64,000 bases of DNA, from assembly GCA_964016885.1 (NCBI GenBank), contig OZ024751.1:53196001-53260000 (forward strand), read 5' to 3'. The DNA is from Eledone cirrhosa (Eukaryota). The first letter of the stretch is position 1; every line of letters begins with the position of its first letter. The notes under the pieces were generated by a model, which was not told the DNA's origin, did not search any database, and saw only the letters and a program-made list of their open reading frames with translations. The translations under genes and the position numbers were made by a program. Of the stretch, positions 1 to 14,357 are shown piece by piece.

Positions 1-30
1 CGTTCCTGTAAAAAATTATCCCATCTGCAA

Positions 31-73
<43 letters not shown>

Positions 74-203
74 TATATATATATGTATATATATATGTAT
101 ATATATATGTATATATATATGTATATATATATGTATTTGTGTATATATATATATGTATATATATATATATGTATATATACATCTATATATATATATAGAG
201 AGA

Positions 204-256
204 GAGATTCCTGATGATTTCTAAAGAATGAAACAGTTCTAGTCCTGTAGAATCTC
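204..256 (+). ncRNA. Type I hammerhead ribozyme, complete core
   Basis: Stem I GAGATTC/GAATCTC; CTGATGA at 211-217; stem II T-TTC-taaa-GAA-T; GAAA at 230-233; stem III ACAG-ttctagtc-CTGT; GUA cleavage triplet (after A249). Embedded in (TA)n/(GA)n. Confidence 0.8.
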
Positions 257-301
257 ATCTATATATATATATATATATGTATATACACATACACACATAC
301 A

Positions 302-383
<82 letters not shown>

Positions 384-502
384 CACACTCACATATATAT
401 ATATACACACACATACATATACACACACATATAATTATATATATATACACACATACATATATTTATAACTATATATGTGTGTGTTTATCTATCTATGTAT
501 TT

Positions 503-844
503 TAACAGCAGGCGTGGCGGCGCCAGTGAGGTGGAAGAGAGGGAATTAGAGTAAATTAGAGTTGTCGTGATTTTTGCCTCTGGTGATCGAATTATCGATT
601 TTTCGAAAATTTAATGTAGCGCACGTTTATCCCCGTATCAAAATACGCACTTGCGTCGAGTTTCATCGATTTTTGAAAATATCGATTTTTGGCTTCTGGG
701 GTCCCGATTATCGATTTTTCGAAATTTTCAAGTAGCCTATTCCACTCTACGCGTTGAGTTTTATATATCTGTGAGGTTTCATGAAAATTGGATGAACGGT
801 GTAGCATGCAAGTTCGACACACTAAACAATGCCCATCTTCACTT

Positions 845-850
<6 letters not shown>
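503..850 (-). mobile_element. Degenerate non-autonomous Helitron-like element
   Basis: Minus strand starts TATATAAAGTG from a (TA)n tract and ends with hairpin GGCG-ccgcca-CGCC then an imperfect CTGT terminus; internal ATCGATTTTTCGAAA repeats. Confidence 0.3.
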
Positions 851-1470
<620 letters not shown>

Positions 1471-1554
1471 TAAATACATTATTTCCAAGAATATGAATGT
1501 CTGAAACCAAAGGTGAAAGTTAAAATTATTATATCATCAATGTCTTTAACTTTA

Positions 1555-1629
<75 letters not shown>

Positions 1630-2178
1630 AAGAGGGGGGATAAGAACAGAATCTGTTGTAGGTTTCATGGGCGATTAAAAGGACACAGAGATCCATTGTA
1701 TGTCACACCATATCAACATTAAAATAAAAATGGACAAACATGAATCGAACTAAGCCTCTTTTGATCACCGAGATACCTTGCTATTTTATTATGTATTTTC
1801 ACTCTGCAGCAACGTCCATAAAATATTTACGGTCTTTATATAAGACTTTGTTCTTTTTTCTATTGTTTTTTCGTACTGCTTATTTCCGGATATGTTCAAT
1901 GAAAGGCGGAAAAATTACCCAAATTTAATTTAGTCTTCTTTGCTAAAGAATTTGTTTATTTAATATTAACTTTCAGTTCATTTCTACACAGTGTCTAAAT
2001 ACAACATAAGTGACACACACACACACACACAGACATTCTCTCTCCAAACACTCAGGGATTACACCAACTATGTACGGTTAGTTTATTTACTCTGCAAACA
2101 CAGACGTCAGAGAGGATGTTTTGCTTACCTACACCGTTGCTAGTCCGTGACAGATTACACATATATACATATATATAA

Positions 2179-2264
<86 letters not shown>

Positions 2265-2280
2265 TAAAATAACAGATTAA

Positions 2281-2331
2281 AGTTTAAGCAAAGAATCGCT
2301 GCTTTCACCCTTAACGGGATCTTCTGAAACT
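2281..2331 (-). ncRNA. Hammerhead ribozyme variant with CAGAAGA core (PLE 3' end)
   Basis: Minus strand: AGTTT-CAGAAGA-T-CCC-gttaa-GGG-T-GAAA-GCA-gcgattctt-TGC-TT-AAACT. Other copies at 21312-21362(+), 25324-25374(-), 35824-35874(-), 36894-36944(+). Confidence 0.6.
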
Positions 2332-3224
2332 AACAAAGTCAATCTGTAAACGCAGAACTGGATATTTCAAAAAACGTTGCAACCGGAGGAAGACGATACT
2401 TTGGTTCGTGGAAACGTTCGCTGGCAAAGAACGGGAAAAAACGAATAATACGTCATTAATAGGAGCGGTGAAAAACAATTACGCGCAAAGACAGAACCAC
2501 GTTTATGGTATAAAAGAGGTTGAAGACTAATGTTCTCTGGCGATGAACGAAAAAACGAAGATAATAAGTCATATGTGGAGCGTGGAGAACAATAGCACGC
2601 AAAGACAAAACCACGTAAATGGTATAGCAGAAGTCGTAGACTAAAATTCTAACTAGGAGACCAAATGAATCTCCGCTACAGAGTTAAGAACAAAGTAAAT
2701 AAATACGATACAGAAGTAATAGAAACAAATAAATACATACACGCAAACAGATACGTACATACACAAGCATACGCAAAACCTTACCATAGGTATACAAAAC
2801 CACGCACATATAAATATGTGTGTGTGTGTATGCTTGTGTACAAATAAATAAATAATTATATAAACGTATATAAGTAAATAAATACGTATATAACAATCGC
2901 ACACACATACCTACAAATAAATACACGGGTGTTCGGAGACGTAAGTCAACTAAAACAAGAAGTACACATATACACACCCACCATACGTACGAACCTGCAT
3001 ACTCACGCAGACGCAAAACTCCCGTATACACATAGCCAAACCCTAAATACCAGAATATGTAAAAATTATACGCCATAACAGTCAAATATACGTACGAGAA
3101 GGTATACATACCTTCACAAAACGTACGGGTAATATATACTTACCTATGCAAATAAGTAAAGGAATAAACAAAACATATACTTAGCTCCCACATCAAGACG
3201 TAAAATATTCACGTATAGATCGTG

Positions 3225-3713
3225 CTATCCGTTAGGGTATAACGTGGGGCTGTAATACAGGAAAGTTTTGTGCAATTTATGTTTACAAGCCGAAATTGCC
3301 TCAGATTTTTTGTTTAAGATGTGGTCTGTGGCGTAGAGTATTTCCAGGGCCTCAGTGGCGCAGAGGTCACATGGTCTTTTATTTCCGTAATACGATCTAG
3401 CCCTAGCTAGGATCTCCCAGTTTAACTTATATTGGGTGTGGTTGTCTTTTAGACTCCAGATATAAGCTGAAAGTGACGTCATATTCCTTCTTAGAGGGTA
3501 ACGAAAAGAATGTGTATGCATGTAAAGACGCTGCTTGAAACTATTGGCGGTTAACCCTATGTAGGCCCTACGGGACGTGGGTGTTACAACCTTACATTTG
3601 TAGACAATGTTACTAGAGAGGCATTTCCCGGATAGGGGGCAATCAGCCCGATTCCTACAATTACAGTTAGTACTAACTACAGGGATTTCGCGGATTATCG
3701 AAATAAAAGGCAT
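3225..3713 (-). pseudogene. PLE GIY-YIG endonuclease domain fragment (no RT)
   Basis: CNC..CPL..KC, IVY...AYIG, FKQR..H, LS.YIW, W.IL, CDLC..E, LNKKSE...C.H motifs typical of PLE endonucleases; interrupted upstream by a (GAA)n tract. Confidence 0.85.
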
Positions 3714-4267
3714 TCTTCTTCTTCTTCTTCTTCTTCTTCTTCTTCTTCTTCTTCTTCTTCTTCTTCTTCTTCTTCTTCTTCTTCTTCTTCTTCTTCTTCA
3801 AGATTTCGCGCCACAGAGTAGTGTACGTTAAGTGTGGGAGTATCTAGGTCAACGGTGACTGAAATTATACTATAGTATCACACACAATTCTATTAGAGTC
3901 TTCTGTTTAACGACTGGTTTGGCAACAAGACTGCTTGTGGCGGGGGGGGGGGGGGAGCAAGAGGTGGAGGTGGCTCTTGTTATTGTTGTTGTTGGTGGCG
4001 GTGGTGGCTGTGTTGTTGTTGGTTGTGGTAGTGGTGGAGCCGGTAAAGGTGGTGTTGGCAGCAGTGGTGCTTGTAGTGTTATGAATGTTGTTGTTGGCGG
4101 TGGTAGTGGTGGAGCTGGTGATGGTGGCAGCGGTGGTGGTAGCGGTGGTGGTGGTTGTGGTAGTAGTAGTGGGTGGAGGAGGGGTTTGCAAAACAACCTT
4201 AAATCTTGTAAAACTTGGTACGATAACTAATCTGTATATTGTACAGTATTAGTACTATGTAGTTCTG

Positions 4268-4339
<72 letters not shown>

Positions 4340-4410
4340 CACCACCACCACCACTATCACCACCAAAACCTTCTCTACTACTACTACTACTACTACTACT
4401 ACTGCTACTT
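3713..4410. repeat. Trinucleotide repeat cluster (CTT)n, (GGT/GTT)n, (CTA)n, (CCA)n
   Basis: Direct inspection. Confidence 0.9.
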
Positions 4411-4451
4411 GTAGTGAAAGTGTTGGCAGTTAGTATGACAGTAGTGATTAT

Positions 4452-4530
4452 AGTTTCTTTATTAGCCACCAGGGTTTACATTAAGAAGACAATAAAGATG
4501 GTACATGACGGCACAGGACGGTACAGTATG
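4452..4530 (-). mobile_element. Short LINE-like 3' end (probable Tx1/L1 family B)
   Basis: Minus strand GTACCGTCCTGT...TGTAAACCCTGGTGGCTAATAAAGAAA; matches 59909-59975 and 60066-60135. Confidence 0.45.
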
Positions 4531-6345
4531 AGTTTTTGTGTGAGAGAAAGGTTTATAAAGACGACTAAAACATAATCATTTAAAAAAATCAAAACATTGT
4601 AAATTCCCGAAAGTGGGGATACCTCCGAAGGTCACTCGTGGAGAAAGCCCACTGTTGTTGGGGACAGAACCGTGAATAGCCCCGCGTAAATAAAAGTGGA
4701 CTAGGCGAAACTCTGAAATGAAGTGAACTGTCATGGGAACTGTGTGTATAGAGTCTCGTTGTAGTCTCGTTGGTCGTTTGAGATCACGCCTGGTGAATAC
4801 CTTCGGTGTGTCACACCATCATAACACCCACGAAAAGCCACGGCAAGGGAAAAGGTCCTCTCTCTGTTGCCCTCCTCCAATTTACAGGCGCATGCTCAGA
4901 GCAAGTCATTCATTCGGACCATGCTCACATCTTTTTAAACCAGCGTTTATCATCCACCAATCAGCATGGTGGTGATGATGATGGTGGTGTTGATGATGAT
5001 GGTGGTGATGGTTGTGATGGTGGGGGTGATGGTTGTGATGGTGATGGTGATGATGATGATGATGATACTAAGAAATTATAATCATCATAATCTATGATAA
5101 GATTTTAATTAGTTTGTGGGTGATAAAAATAGCAAGTAATTGTCAGGAATAGCAATCATTAGAAAAAGTATATTTGTGAGACCGTTGGACACCAAAGTCT
5201 TTATATTGTGTATATAATGTGTTACCTAGATTAACTCGTTTGTGACAATATTTCTAATGAAATGCGCAATATTTCGTTTAAGTAATGATGTATTTAGAGA
5301 CCTTTACTAAAATGAATATAGGCCTGTTAGGGAAGAATACTTCGATCAGTCGTTTTGCTTTGTTTTGAACTGTTTCAGCTTCGTATCTGAAAAGAAAGTA
5401 ATAGCCCCGAAATATTATGTTAAAATACATGGGTATTTTGTTTTATTTTTCATCATTTGGCAATCGTATTTTTCTACCGCATTGTACCGGCTTTTTGATC
5501 ATTGTCGGTCATTTACTAATAATTATTCCATTATTCTGATATTACTTGTAATATAACCCAACAAAATGTGTTATATAATATTATTATAATATTCTTGAAT
5601 ATTATCGAGAATGTAGAGGGATTTATAATATAACTAACTTTCTCATTATTAAGTTAGTGTTTGGAACATAACTTAACTAATGTTCTTACATAAAATTCTG
5701 AAGTAAGGCTTTTTGATAAAGATAAACCTTTAAAAACAAACAATTTTGTATTGTAGACTCAGGCACAGATTCTGGTGGGTTGGTATAAAAATGCTTAATT
5801 TAAATAACACCCCTATGAAAAAAAAAAAAGAAGAAAATTGTTTCTTAAAGAACCAGAAGTGATTTTGGACGGATTCGTATCAAACGAGTTCATTTGTAAG
5901 CTCATGGGAAATTAAGTTTGTGACAGGTTCGATATCTAGAATGAACTATATATTTTACTGCAGTGATACCTTTGTGAAAGACTTCGATGACCTAATTGCT
6001 GTTCTCGCAGGTATTGATTTCAACAGATCTAATTATCCATTCAAAGATAATTCTGTTTGAAACAGGTGAAATATTTGGTGACTCCTTTTATCAGATTAGT
6101 GCGTGGGATGAATGAACTTCATGTGTATTGTGTATATAGGGAAGATGGACTGAACAGAGATCCTATCAAACATACTCGGATGTGAATAGAGGAAGGGTTG
6201 AATTAATGACTGCATGTCATTAGAACAGACGTCCATAGGAGAGAAGGAAGAGAGAGAAGGAAGAGAGAGAGAGAGAGAAAGAGAGACGGAAATTATACTA
6301 CTACTACAACTACTACTACTACTACTACTATTACTGCTACTACTG

Positions 6346-6396
<51 letters not shown>

Positions 6397-6889
6397 CATT
6401 CCCCCTCCTCCCGCTTCTTTCTTTACAACCCACACACATCTCTCTATCAACAATGTCTCTCTATCTAAAACATGTCTCTACCTGTAATTATTTTCCCTTT
6501 TTTTCCCTTCTCCCCTCTTCTTTTTTTTCTCATTCTTTATTATTTTTTCGTCTTCTTTCCATCTACTCCTTCTCTCGTTCTCCTCTGCCCCAGTCTTCTG
6601 CTCCACCACTTCCTATTCTCTCCCTCTACTTCCTCCTTATTCTTCTTCTTCCTCCACCACCACCGAAGCCACTATCCCCCCACCACAATCATCTCCCCCA
6701 CCCCAACCTCCCCCACCACCATGCTCCTCCCACACCACCACCACCAGGGCCCCCTCATATATAGCCATGTTAAATCACTAAAATTATATCTATTCTACCA
6801 TATTCCCATCGCTGTCAACAATGCCACCGTATATTCCATTATATATTCTACTGCGCATTATATATTCTACTGTAATACATGCAGCAATA

Positions 6890-8075
6890 GCAACAATACT
6901 GCACATGTAGTACTGCTAGTGCAGCAATAGCATCAATACTGTACATGTAGTACTGCTAGTGCAGCAATAGCATCAATACTGCACATGTAGTACTGCTAGT
7001 GCAGAAATAGCATCAATACTGCACATGTAGTACTGATAGTGCAGAAATAGCATCAATACTGCACATGTAGTACTGCTAGTGCAGTAATAACAACAATACT
7101 GCACATGTAGTACTGCTAGTGCAGTAATAGCATCAATACTGCACATGTAGTACTGCTAGTGCAGTAATAACAACAATACTGCACATGTAGTACTGCTAGT
7201 GCAGTAATAGCATCAATACTGCACATGTAGTACTGATAGTGCAGAAATAGCATCAATACTGCACATGTAGTACTGCTAGTGCAGTAATAGCACCAATACT
7301 GCACATGTAGTACTGCCAGTGCAGAACTAACATCAATAATGCTAGTGCAGTAATAGCATCAATACTGCACATGTAGTACTGCTAGTGCAGTAATAGCATC
7401 AACACTGCACATGTAGTACTGATAGTGCAGAAATAGCATCAATACTGCACATGTAGTACTGATAGTGCAGTAATAGCATCAATACTGCACATGTAGTACT
7501 GCTAGTGCAGTAATAACAACAATACTGCACATGTAGTACTGCTAGTGCAGAAATAGCATCAATACTGCACATGTAGTACTGATAGTGCAGAAATAGCATC
7601 AATACTGCACATGTAGTACTGCTAGTGCAGTAATAACAACAACACTGCACATGTCGTACTGCTAGTGCAGTAATAGCATCAATACTGCACATGTAGTACT
7701 GATAGTGCAGAAATAGCATCAATACTGCACATGTAGTACTGATAGTGCAGTAATAGCATCAATACTGCACATGTAGTACTGTTAGTGCAGTAATAACAAC
7801 AATACTGCACATGTAGTACTGCTAGTGCAGCAATAGCACAAATACTGCACATGTAGTATTGCTAGTGCAGCAATAGAAACAATACTGCACATGTAATACT
7901 GCTAGTGCAGCAATACCATTACTGCACATGTAGTATTGGTAAAACAAACACAACAATACTGTACATGTAGTATTGGTAAAGCAACATACTAGCCACATGT
8001 AGTATTGGTAATGCAACATACTACCCACATGTAAAGCAACCACAACAATTCCTGCACATATAGTACGAGTAATGC
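6890..8075. repeat. 40-bp minisatellite, about 26 good copies plus a decayed edge
   Basis: Unit GCATCAATACTGCACATGTAGTACTGCTAGTGCAGTAATA; the register repeats every 120 bp (3 units). Confidence 0.95.
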
Positions 8076-8422
8076 AGCAATAACAATAATAACACTACTC
8101 ACATGTATCACATTTTGTACTCTCAATTCCTACACATTCAATGGCGCATGACATTTAAATATGCCTGGCCTCGCACTAAACAACAACAACAACAGCAACA
8201 ACAACAACAATGTGTATATTATCTGTACAAAGTTGCAATATGTAGGTTACCCTTAGTTATTCCTAATGAAATGTCAAATCTATCTATCTACACACACACG
8301 TGTGTGCGTGTGAGTGAGTATGTGTGTGTGTGTCTGTGCGTGTGTATGTGTGTGTGTGTAGATAGATAGATAGAAAGAAAGAAAGACAGATAGCTAAATG
8401 AATAGATAGATATATGATATTA

Positions 8423-8730
8423 CTAGTGTAGTCGTGCCATCAAAAATGATGACATATAAAGGAAAATGTCGCCGTCGAAAGAACCTGCCTGAAGTTTACC
8501 TTTATGGCACCAGTTTATTGAATAAAGCCATTGTTGGTAGAACTATGAAAAACATTCCTGATTATTCAACATGAAAATATTTATTGTTATTATTAACGAA
8601 ATGTCATTTATGAAGCGGTTTATTTCTTAGAGACAAACTGTTTCTTTGTAAAATATTTCAAAGAATTAAAACAGAAACACATGAGACATACATATATACA
8701 AGATTATGTCATAGCTTTCATCTATAAATA
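8423..8730 (-). mobile_element. Non-autonomous Helitron-like element
   Basis: Minus-strand 3' end: hairpin GTCATCA-tttt-TGATGGC followed by CTAG|T; 5' boundary uncertain. Confidence 0.35.
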
Positions 8731-8804
8731 CACACATACATCATGCACACACACACACACACACCTATATATATATATATATATTTGTGTGCATGTGCTT
8801 GCGA

Positions 8805-8880
8805 AGGCGTGTGCCTTTGTGATTAGAGCGTTGAGCTCACAATCGTAAGATTGTGAGTTTGAATCCCAGACCGGGCGACA
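8805..8880 (+). mobile_element. tRNA-derived SINE head
   Basis: Degenerate A-box/B-box (GAGTTTGAATCCC); related minus-strand heads near 11780-11900, 19490-19600, 35215-35460 and 37025-37240. Confidence 0.55.
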
Positions 8881-9054
8881 TCCCAGTTGCGACATCACTG
8901 GTGCCAAGCTGTTTCGGCCATTGCCTTTCCCTTGAACAACATTGGTGGCGTGTAGAGCGGAGACTGGCATGTGTCTTCAACACACACACCTTGCTCAGGC
9001 TTAGGCCTTGGAGAGAAACTTTCCAGGTGCAAAACTACGGACCGAAGGGGGCCT

Positions 9055-9086
<32 letters not shown>

Positions 9087-9163
9087 ACGAAGGAAATGTG
9101 GTAAGGAACCAGGTGGACCATAACGCACCAAAGTACTCAATACTTAGGATAGTAGAGTGGGTA

Positions 9164-9274
9164 ATAGGAACGAGTAGGAACCCGACGGCTGAGCTCAAGC
9201 CGTTTCGACGGCTAATTTAGTCCAGAATTAGCCGTCGAAACGGCTTGAGCTCAGCCGTCGGGTTCCTACTCGTT

Positions 9275-9279
<5 letters not shown>
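9164..9279. repeat. Perfect fold-back palindrome (54-bp arms, 8-nt loop) built on a hammerhead 3' half
   Basis: Arms 9164-9217 and 9226-9279; right arm reads stem II-GAAA-CGGCT-tgagctc-AGCCG-TC-GGGTTCC; partial third copy at about 9728-9765. Confidence 0.85.
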
Positions 9280-9353
<74 letters not shown>

Positions 9354-9576
9354 ATATATAAATATAATTTCAGCGAGATCGTCTTTCGGCTGTGGTCAAA
9401 AACAGAGCGAAACGCAATTTTCGAGATATGCGGCAAGCGCTCAATAGACTAAAAGAAGACCAGAGCAATTAACATAGGTTATAGAGGCCGGACAAACTGA
9501 AAACGGCAGTCATGAAGCTATCAGCCACCGGACCCCAAAAAACCAAGCAAGCTAAACAGGTTAAACAAAAGAATAT

Positions 9577-9638
<62 letters not shown>

Positions 9639-9770
9639 CGTAGTAGGCCCCATTTGGTCACGAATGACCATGGTTTTGCATATTCATGTCTGTATGTGTC
9701 TCTCTGTCTCATATATATATATATATATAGCCGTCGAAACGGCTTCAGCTCTGCCGTCCTGAACCTTTTC

Positions 9771-9859
<89 letters not shown>

Positions 9860-10302
9860 TATAAATATATACGTATATGTGTGTATGTGTGTGTGTGTGT
9901 GTGCGTGACTGGTAAATATATATTTATATTTCAGACCTGCTTTTTATACCTTACGTTCCTTCAATGTTCTCTCTCCCACCTTCTGTTTTTCTCATTCCTT
10001 TCTTTCTGTCTTACCCATCCACGTCCCCCCTCTCTCTTTTAAACCAACTAACCCTTTCAAGTCTGTATCCTATCATTTAGAAAGATCGTGACTTGTGGCC
10101 AACATTTTAACATTAACTTACACACTGTTTACATACAACACTGTCATAAATTCGTTATCTCCACCAACTTATCTACACAAACAGACTATTGCCACATGCA
10201 CAACAACAACAACACCAGAAATATTTATAACCTAACCACGGCAATAGATATTTTCTCTGCAATATATATATATATATATATGTATATATATGTATATGTA
10301 TG

Positions 10303-10431
<129 letters not shown>

Positions 10432-10477
10432 ATATATATGTATATATATGTATATATATATATATATATACATATAT

Positions 10478-10711
10478 ACGTTCAACTATCTGGCAGATGG
10501 GTAAACGGTGCTGATGATAGCTAACAAGCTTGAAACTAGTACATCGTTCCTGTGTCAGTGTTGAACAAAAAGGTGACGTGGTTGCCCTTAACACCGTATG
10601 GCATAAATTCAGGCTGTTCGCTTTGTTGACAAACAAACGAACAAAGCGGCCGGCGTTATAATAAACGTCGGCTAAACTGATGCGTGCATATATGTATGTG
10701 TACCTGTATGC

Positions 10712-10758
<47 letters not shown>

Positions 10759-10869
10759 TGCTACTGTACGTCTGTATACATATATGTATGTACGTATACA
10801 TACATACTTACATTTAAGTAAGTGCCATACTAGGAGTGAGAAATGAAATTTCGTTTTCATTTTTTTCAA

Positions 10870-10873
<4 letters not shown>
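10478..10873 (+). mobile_element. Hammerhead-bearing non-coding repeat (probable PLE pLTR), copy 1
   Basis: Homologous to 63509-63810 and 63332-63416; flanked by (TA)n. Confidence 0.65.
10504..10548 (+). ncRNA. Minimal type I hammerhead ribozyme
   Basis: AACGGTG-CTGATGA-T-AGCT-aaca-AGCT-T-GAAA-CTAG-TA-CATCGTT: 7-bp stem I and a 1-bp stem III capped by palindromic CTAG. Confidence 0.8.
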
Positions 10874-10944
<71 letters not shown>

Positions 10945-11240
10945 TAGGTATTAAGTTACTAAGTTTTTGTCTTGTTACATTTCCTATTGTTAATTTTTTG
11001 TAATTTTTTTACTGATTTTTATTTGATTTATTTTTGTTTGATTGTTTTGTTTATCCAACATTACTTTGTACAGCACACATCTGCTACGACTACAAAACCC
11101 ATTATATATATATACAGAGAGAGAACAAATTTAATATAGAACAAATTCAATATACACTCTACTAATGTATTGAGTACCTGACTTACTGTGGTTACCCTCG
11201 ATTGAATACACACACACACACGCACGCACACACGCACGCA

Positions 11241-11465
<225 letters not shown>

Positions 11466-11926
11466 ACATACATATAAAGAAATTATGCCAATACAAAGCA
11501 TATTAGCAGGACGCAGGATCTAGTCTACTGACATCCGTCTAACCTATGCAAGCATGGACAATAGACATATACATATATAAAGGTTGTATCTCATAGAAGG
11601 TTTTTCGGGTGCTTCATTGAAAGGGGCCCCGATTTTATCATGAACAGATTCCTCGCTGGACTGGACACTAGTTAACTCCCATCTGTTGCTGCTGGTACTG
11701 TTGGTACTAAATTCCCAGGAACATTCAGCGTGTCACAGTATCTGACAAATCTGACCCTTTGAATTACGAGCACAAGTTGTTACTAGAGTAACGTGAAATG
11801 AAGTATCTTGCTTAAGAATACAACACGACACCCAGGAGTTGAACCTTGGAGTTTATGGTCGTAAGGAAAGGAAACACTCTAAACACTTGGTCACAGAGTA
11901 GGGTAATAAAAGAAAGAAAGACATAT

Positions 11927-12003
<77 letters not shown>

Positions 12004-12407
12004 TAGTAAAAGACAAAAGACACGTTGGACGCCAAAAGATAAGACAAACAGACAGACAGTTAGACAGACCGATATATAGACAAACAGGTAACTAGACAGA
12101 CAGACAGGCAGGTAGACAAGTAGACAGACAGGTAGACCGACAGACCGAGAGAGAGAGAGAGAGAGTAAAAGACAAAAGACACGTTGGACGCCAAAAGGTG
12201 TGATTGTGACGTAGTGTTTTTATGAAGAGAGTTATTGTAGTCAATTAATTAACTCTTGTCTCTTCTAGTCGCAATAACTACCTGTTTGACTTGAGTGCAT
12301 TGGAGCGTGCAAAGAACCTTCTAGTGCAGCCAGACATTATTTTATTTCTTCTAACTGTAATTCTTCTTTTACTTTTATTTTGGCAACCATTAGCCCCCCC
12401 TCCCCTC

Positions 12408-12548
12408 TTCACCACTCGTCCACCACTCTCTCACCACACGTCCACCACTCTCTCACCACACGTCCACCACTCTCTCACCACTCGTCCACCACTCTCTCGC
12501 CACACGTCCACCACTCTCTCGCCACACGTCCACCACTCTCTCGCCACA
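12408..12548. repeat. 22-bp minisatellite, about 6 copies
   Basis: Unit CGTCCACCACTCTCTCRCCACA. Confidence 0.9.
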
Positions 12549-12816
12549 CAACAACACCCCGACCTTGGTAGGTTCATTACTAAACAGCAAATATACTAGA
12601 AATATTTGTGTAATTATATTAGAAACTTTTCTAACATACCTCAGTGTATACATGTGTGTATAAATAAATGTATGTATGTATATATGTATGTATGTGTCTG
12701 TATATGTCTGTTTACGTTGTGTATATATGTGTATACGTTGTTTACGTGTGTGTACATGTGACATACGGGAGAATCTCCAGAGTAACAAGACTCAATCTTG
12801 GACTTAGTTAAGTATA

Positions 12817-12848
<32 letters not shown>

Positions 12849-13080
12849 GAGAGAGAGAGCGCGAGAGCGAGAGAGAGAGAGAAAGTGTATACATAGCTAT
12901 TTCTTAGGAATCAACAGAAAAAAGGTTGACCTGAAGCTGTGATAGTGCTAAACTTATAGTTGTAATATAGAAACGCAATATCCAGATATTAATAAAAAAT
13001 AGGATTGAGATCTTATTTGCATATTACTGCTTCCAATTCAAATACGTGTGTATCTGTATATATTATATATTATATTATAT

Positions 13081-13136
<56 letters not shown>

Positions 13137-14282
13137 CCTCGCGTAGGACACCTCGGTTATTTTTCATTTTGTAAAAAAACCCATCACTTTCTAATATATA
13201 TATATACACGTACATACATATATATACACATACATATATATACATATATATCCATATCTATATCTATCTTTCTCTCTATATATATGTAATATATGTATAC
13301 AATTATTCATACATACAACAAAATACAGTTATGTATAAATATGGATATATGTACACACGCAGATATGATATTATATAAATGTACGTAGATATAAATATAT
13401 ATTTGCATAAAATACACATTACACACATTTATAAACACACAATTAATATTGGTTTGTGTCTGTCAGTGTGTGTACAAAAGTACATATATTTAAACGTGTT
13501 TACAATAACGGTTTGATTCAGTGCATAATAATATCTGGCCTCGCTCCAAAATAGTCCATCGTTCGTGTTAACGGCTCCCCTTGCGAAATATATTTCATCT
13601 ACTTCAAATGAAATATAGATTGTTCTTACACACACACACATACACACACATATATATATATATACATATATATAGATAGATAGATATAGATATATTTATG
13701 AATAATATATATATTAATATGTATGTATGTGTATTTATATATATATATATATGAATATATATATATATTGCTTGGCTAGGGTAAGGCTGTGATGTGGTTA
13801 TCTATGGTTTAGCCAGAATCCGTTAATTGAATTCTCCTAGCTACGAGAAGAATAAAAAGCAAAACATTTTTTCTTTCTTTTCTAGGGGGGGGGGGGGGGG
13901 GGGCATGGGTAGATCATTTTGGTAAACTGTCTATTTACCACGTACTTTTCATATAAAGAGATTGTCTGGAGTGTTAAATGGTCATCAAAGGAATGGGATT
14001 GATATATATGTATGTATGTGTATATATATATGTATGTGTGTGTTGGAACGTGTTTAGTGGATTATTTTATATAATTTGTCCGGTCTATTATGAACAACGA
14101 AACAAGCTGTGATTAATAATGTAATACACACAGGGAGTACAATTCACACACAGTAACATACAACCACGCATGCTCATGTTATTTTTGTCTATCCACTAAT
14201 TATGTTGCCCACCCCCATCGTCACACACATAAATGTATACACACATACACACACACACACACATATATAAACCCTTATGTCC

Positions 14283-14357
<75 letters not shown>

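Larger units (their letters stand above)
2260..3870 (-). mobile_element. Penelope-like element (PLE), 3' portion
   Basis: GIY-YIG ORF followed by about 1 kb of 3' region ending in a hammerhead variant and AATAAA next to (TA)n; homologous to 35949-36967 and, at the terminal 300 bp, to 21095-21366 and 25320-25591. Confidence 0.8.

Noticed and set aside
6890-8075. CRISPR-like appearance of a palindromic 40-bp repeat (also the 36-bp repeat at 14558-15190)
   Set aside because: Units are head-to-tail with no unique spacers, there are no cas genes, and the context is eukaryotic.
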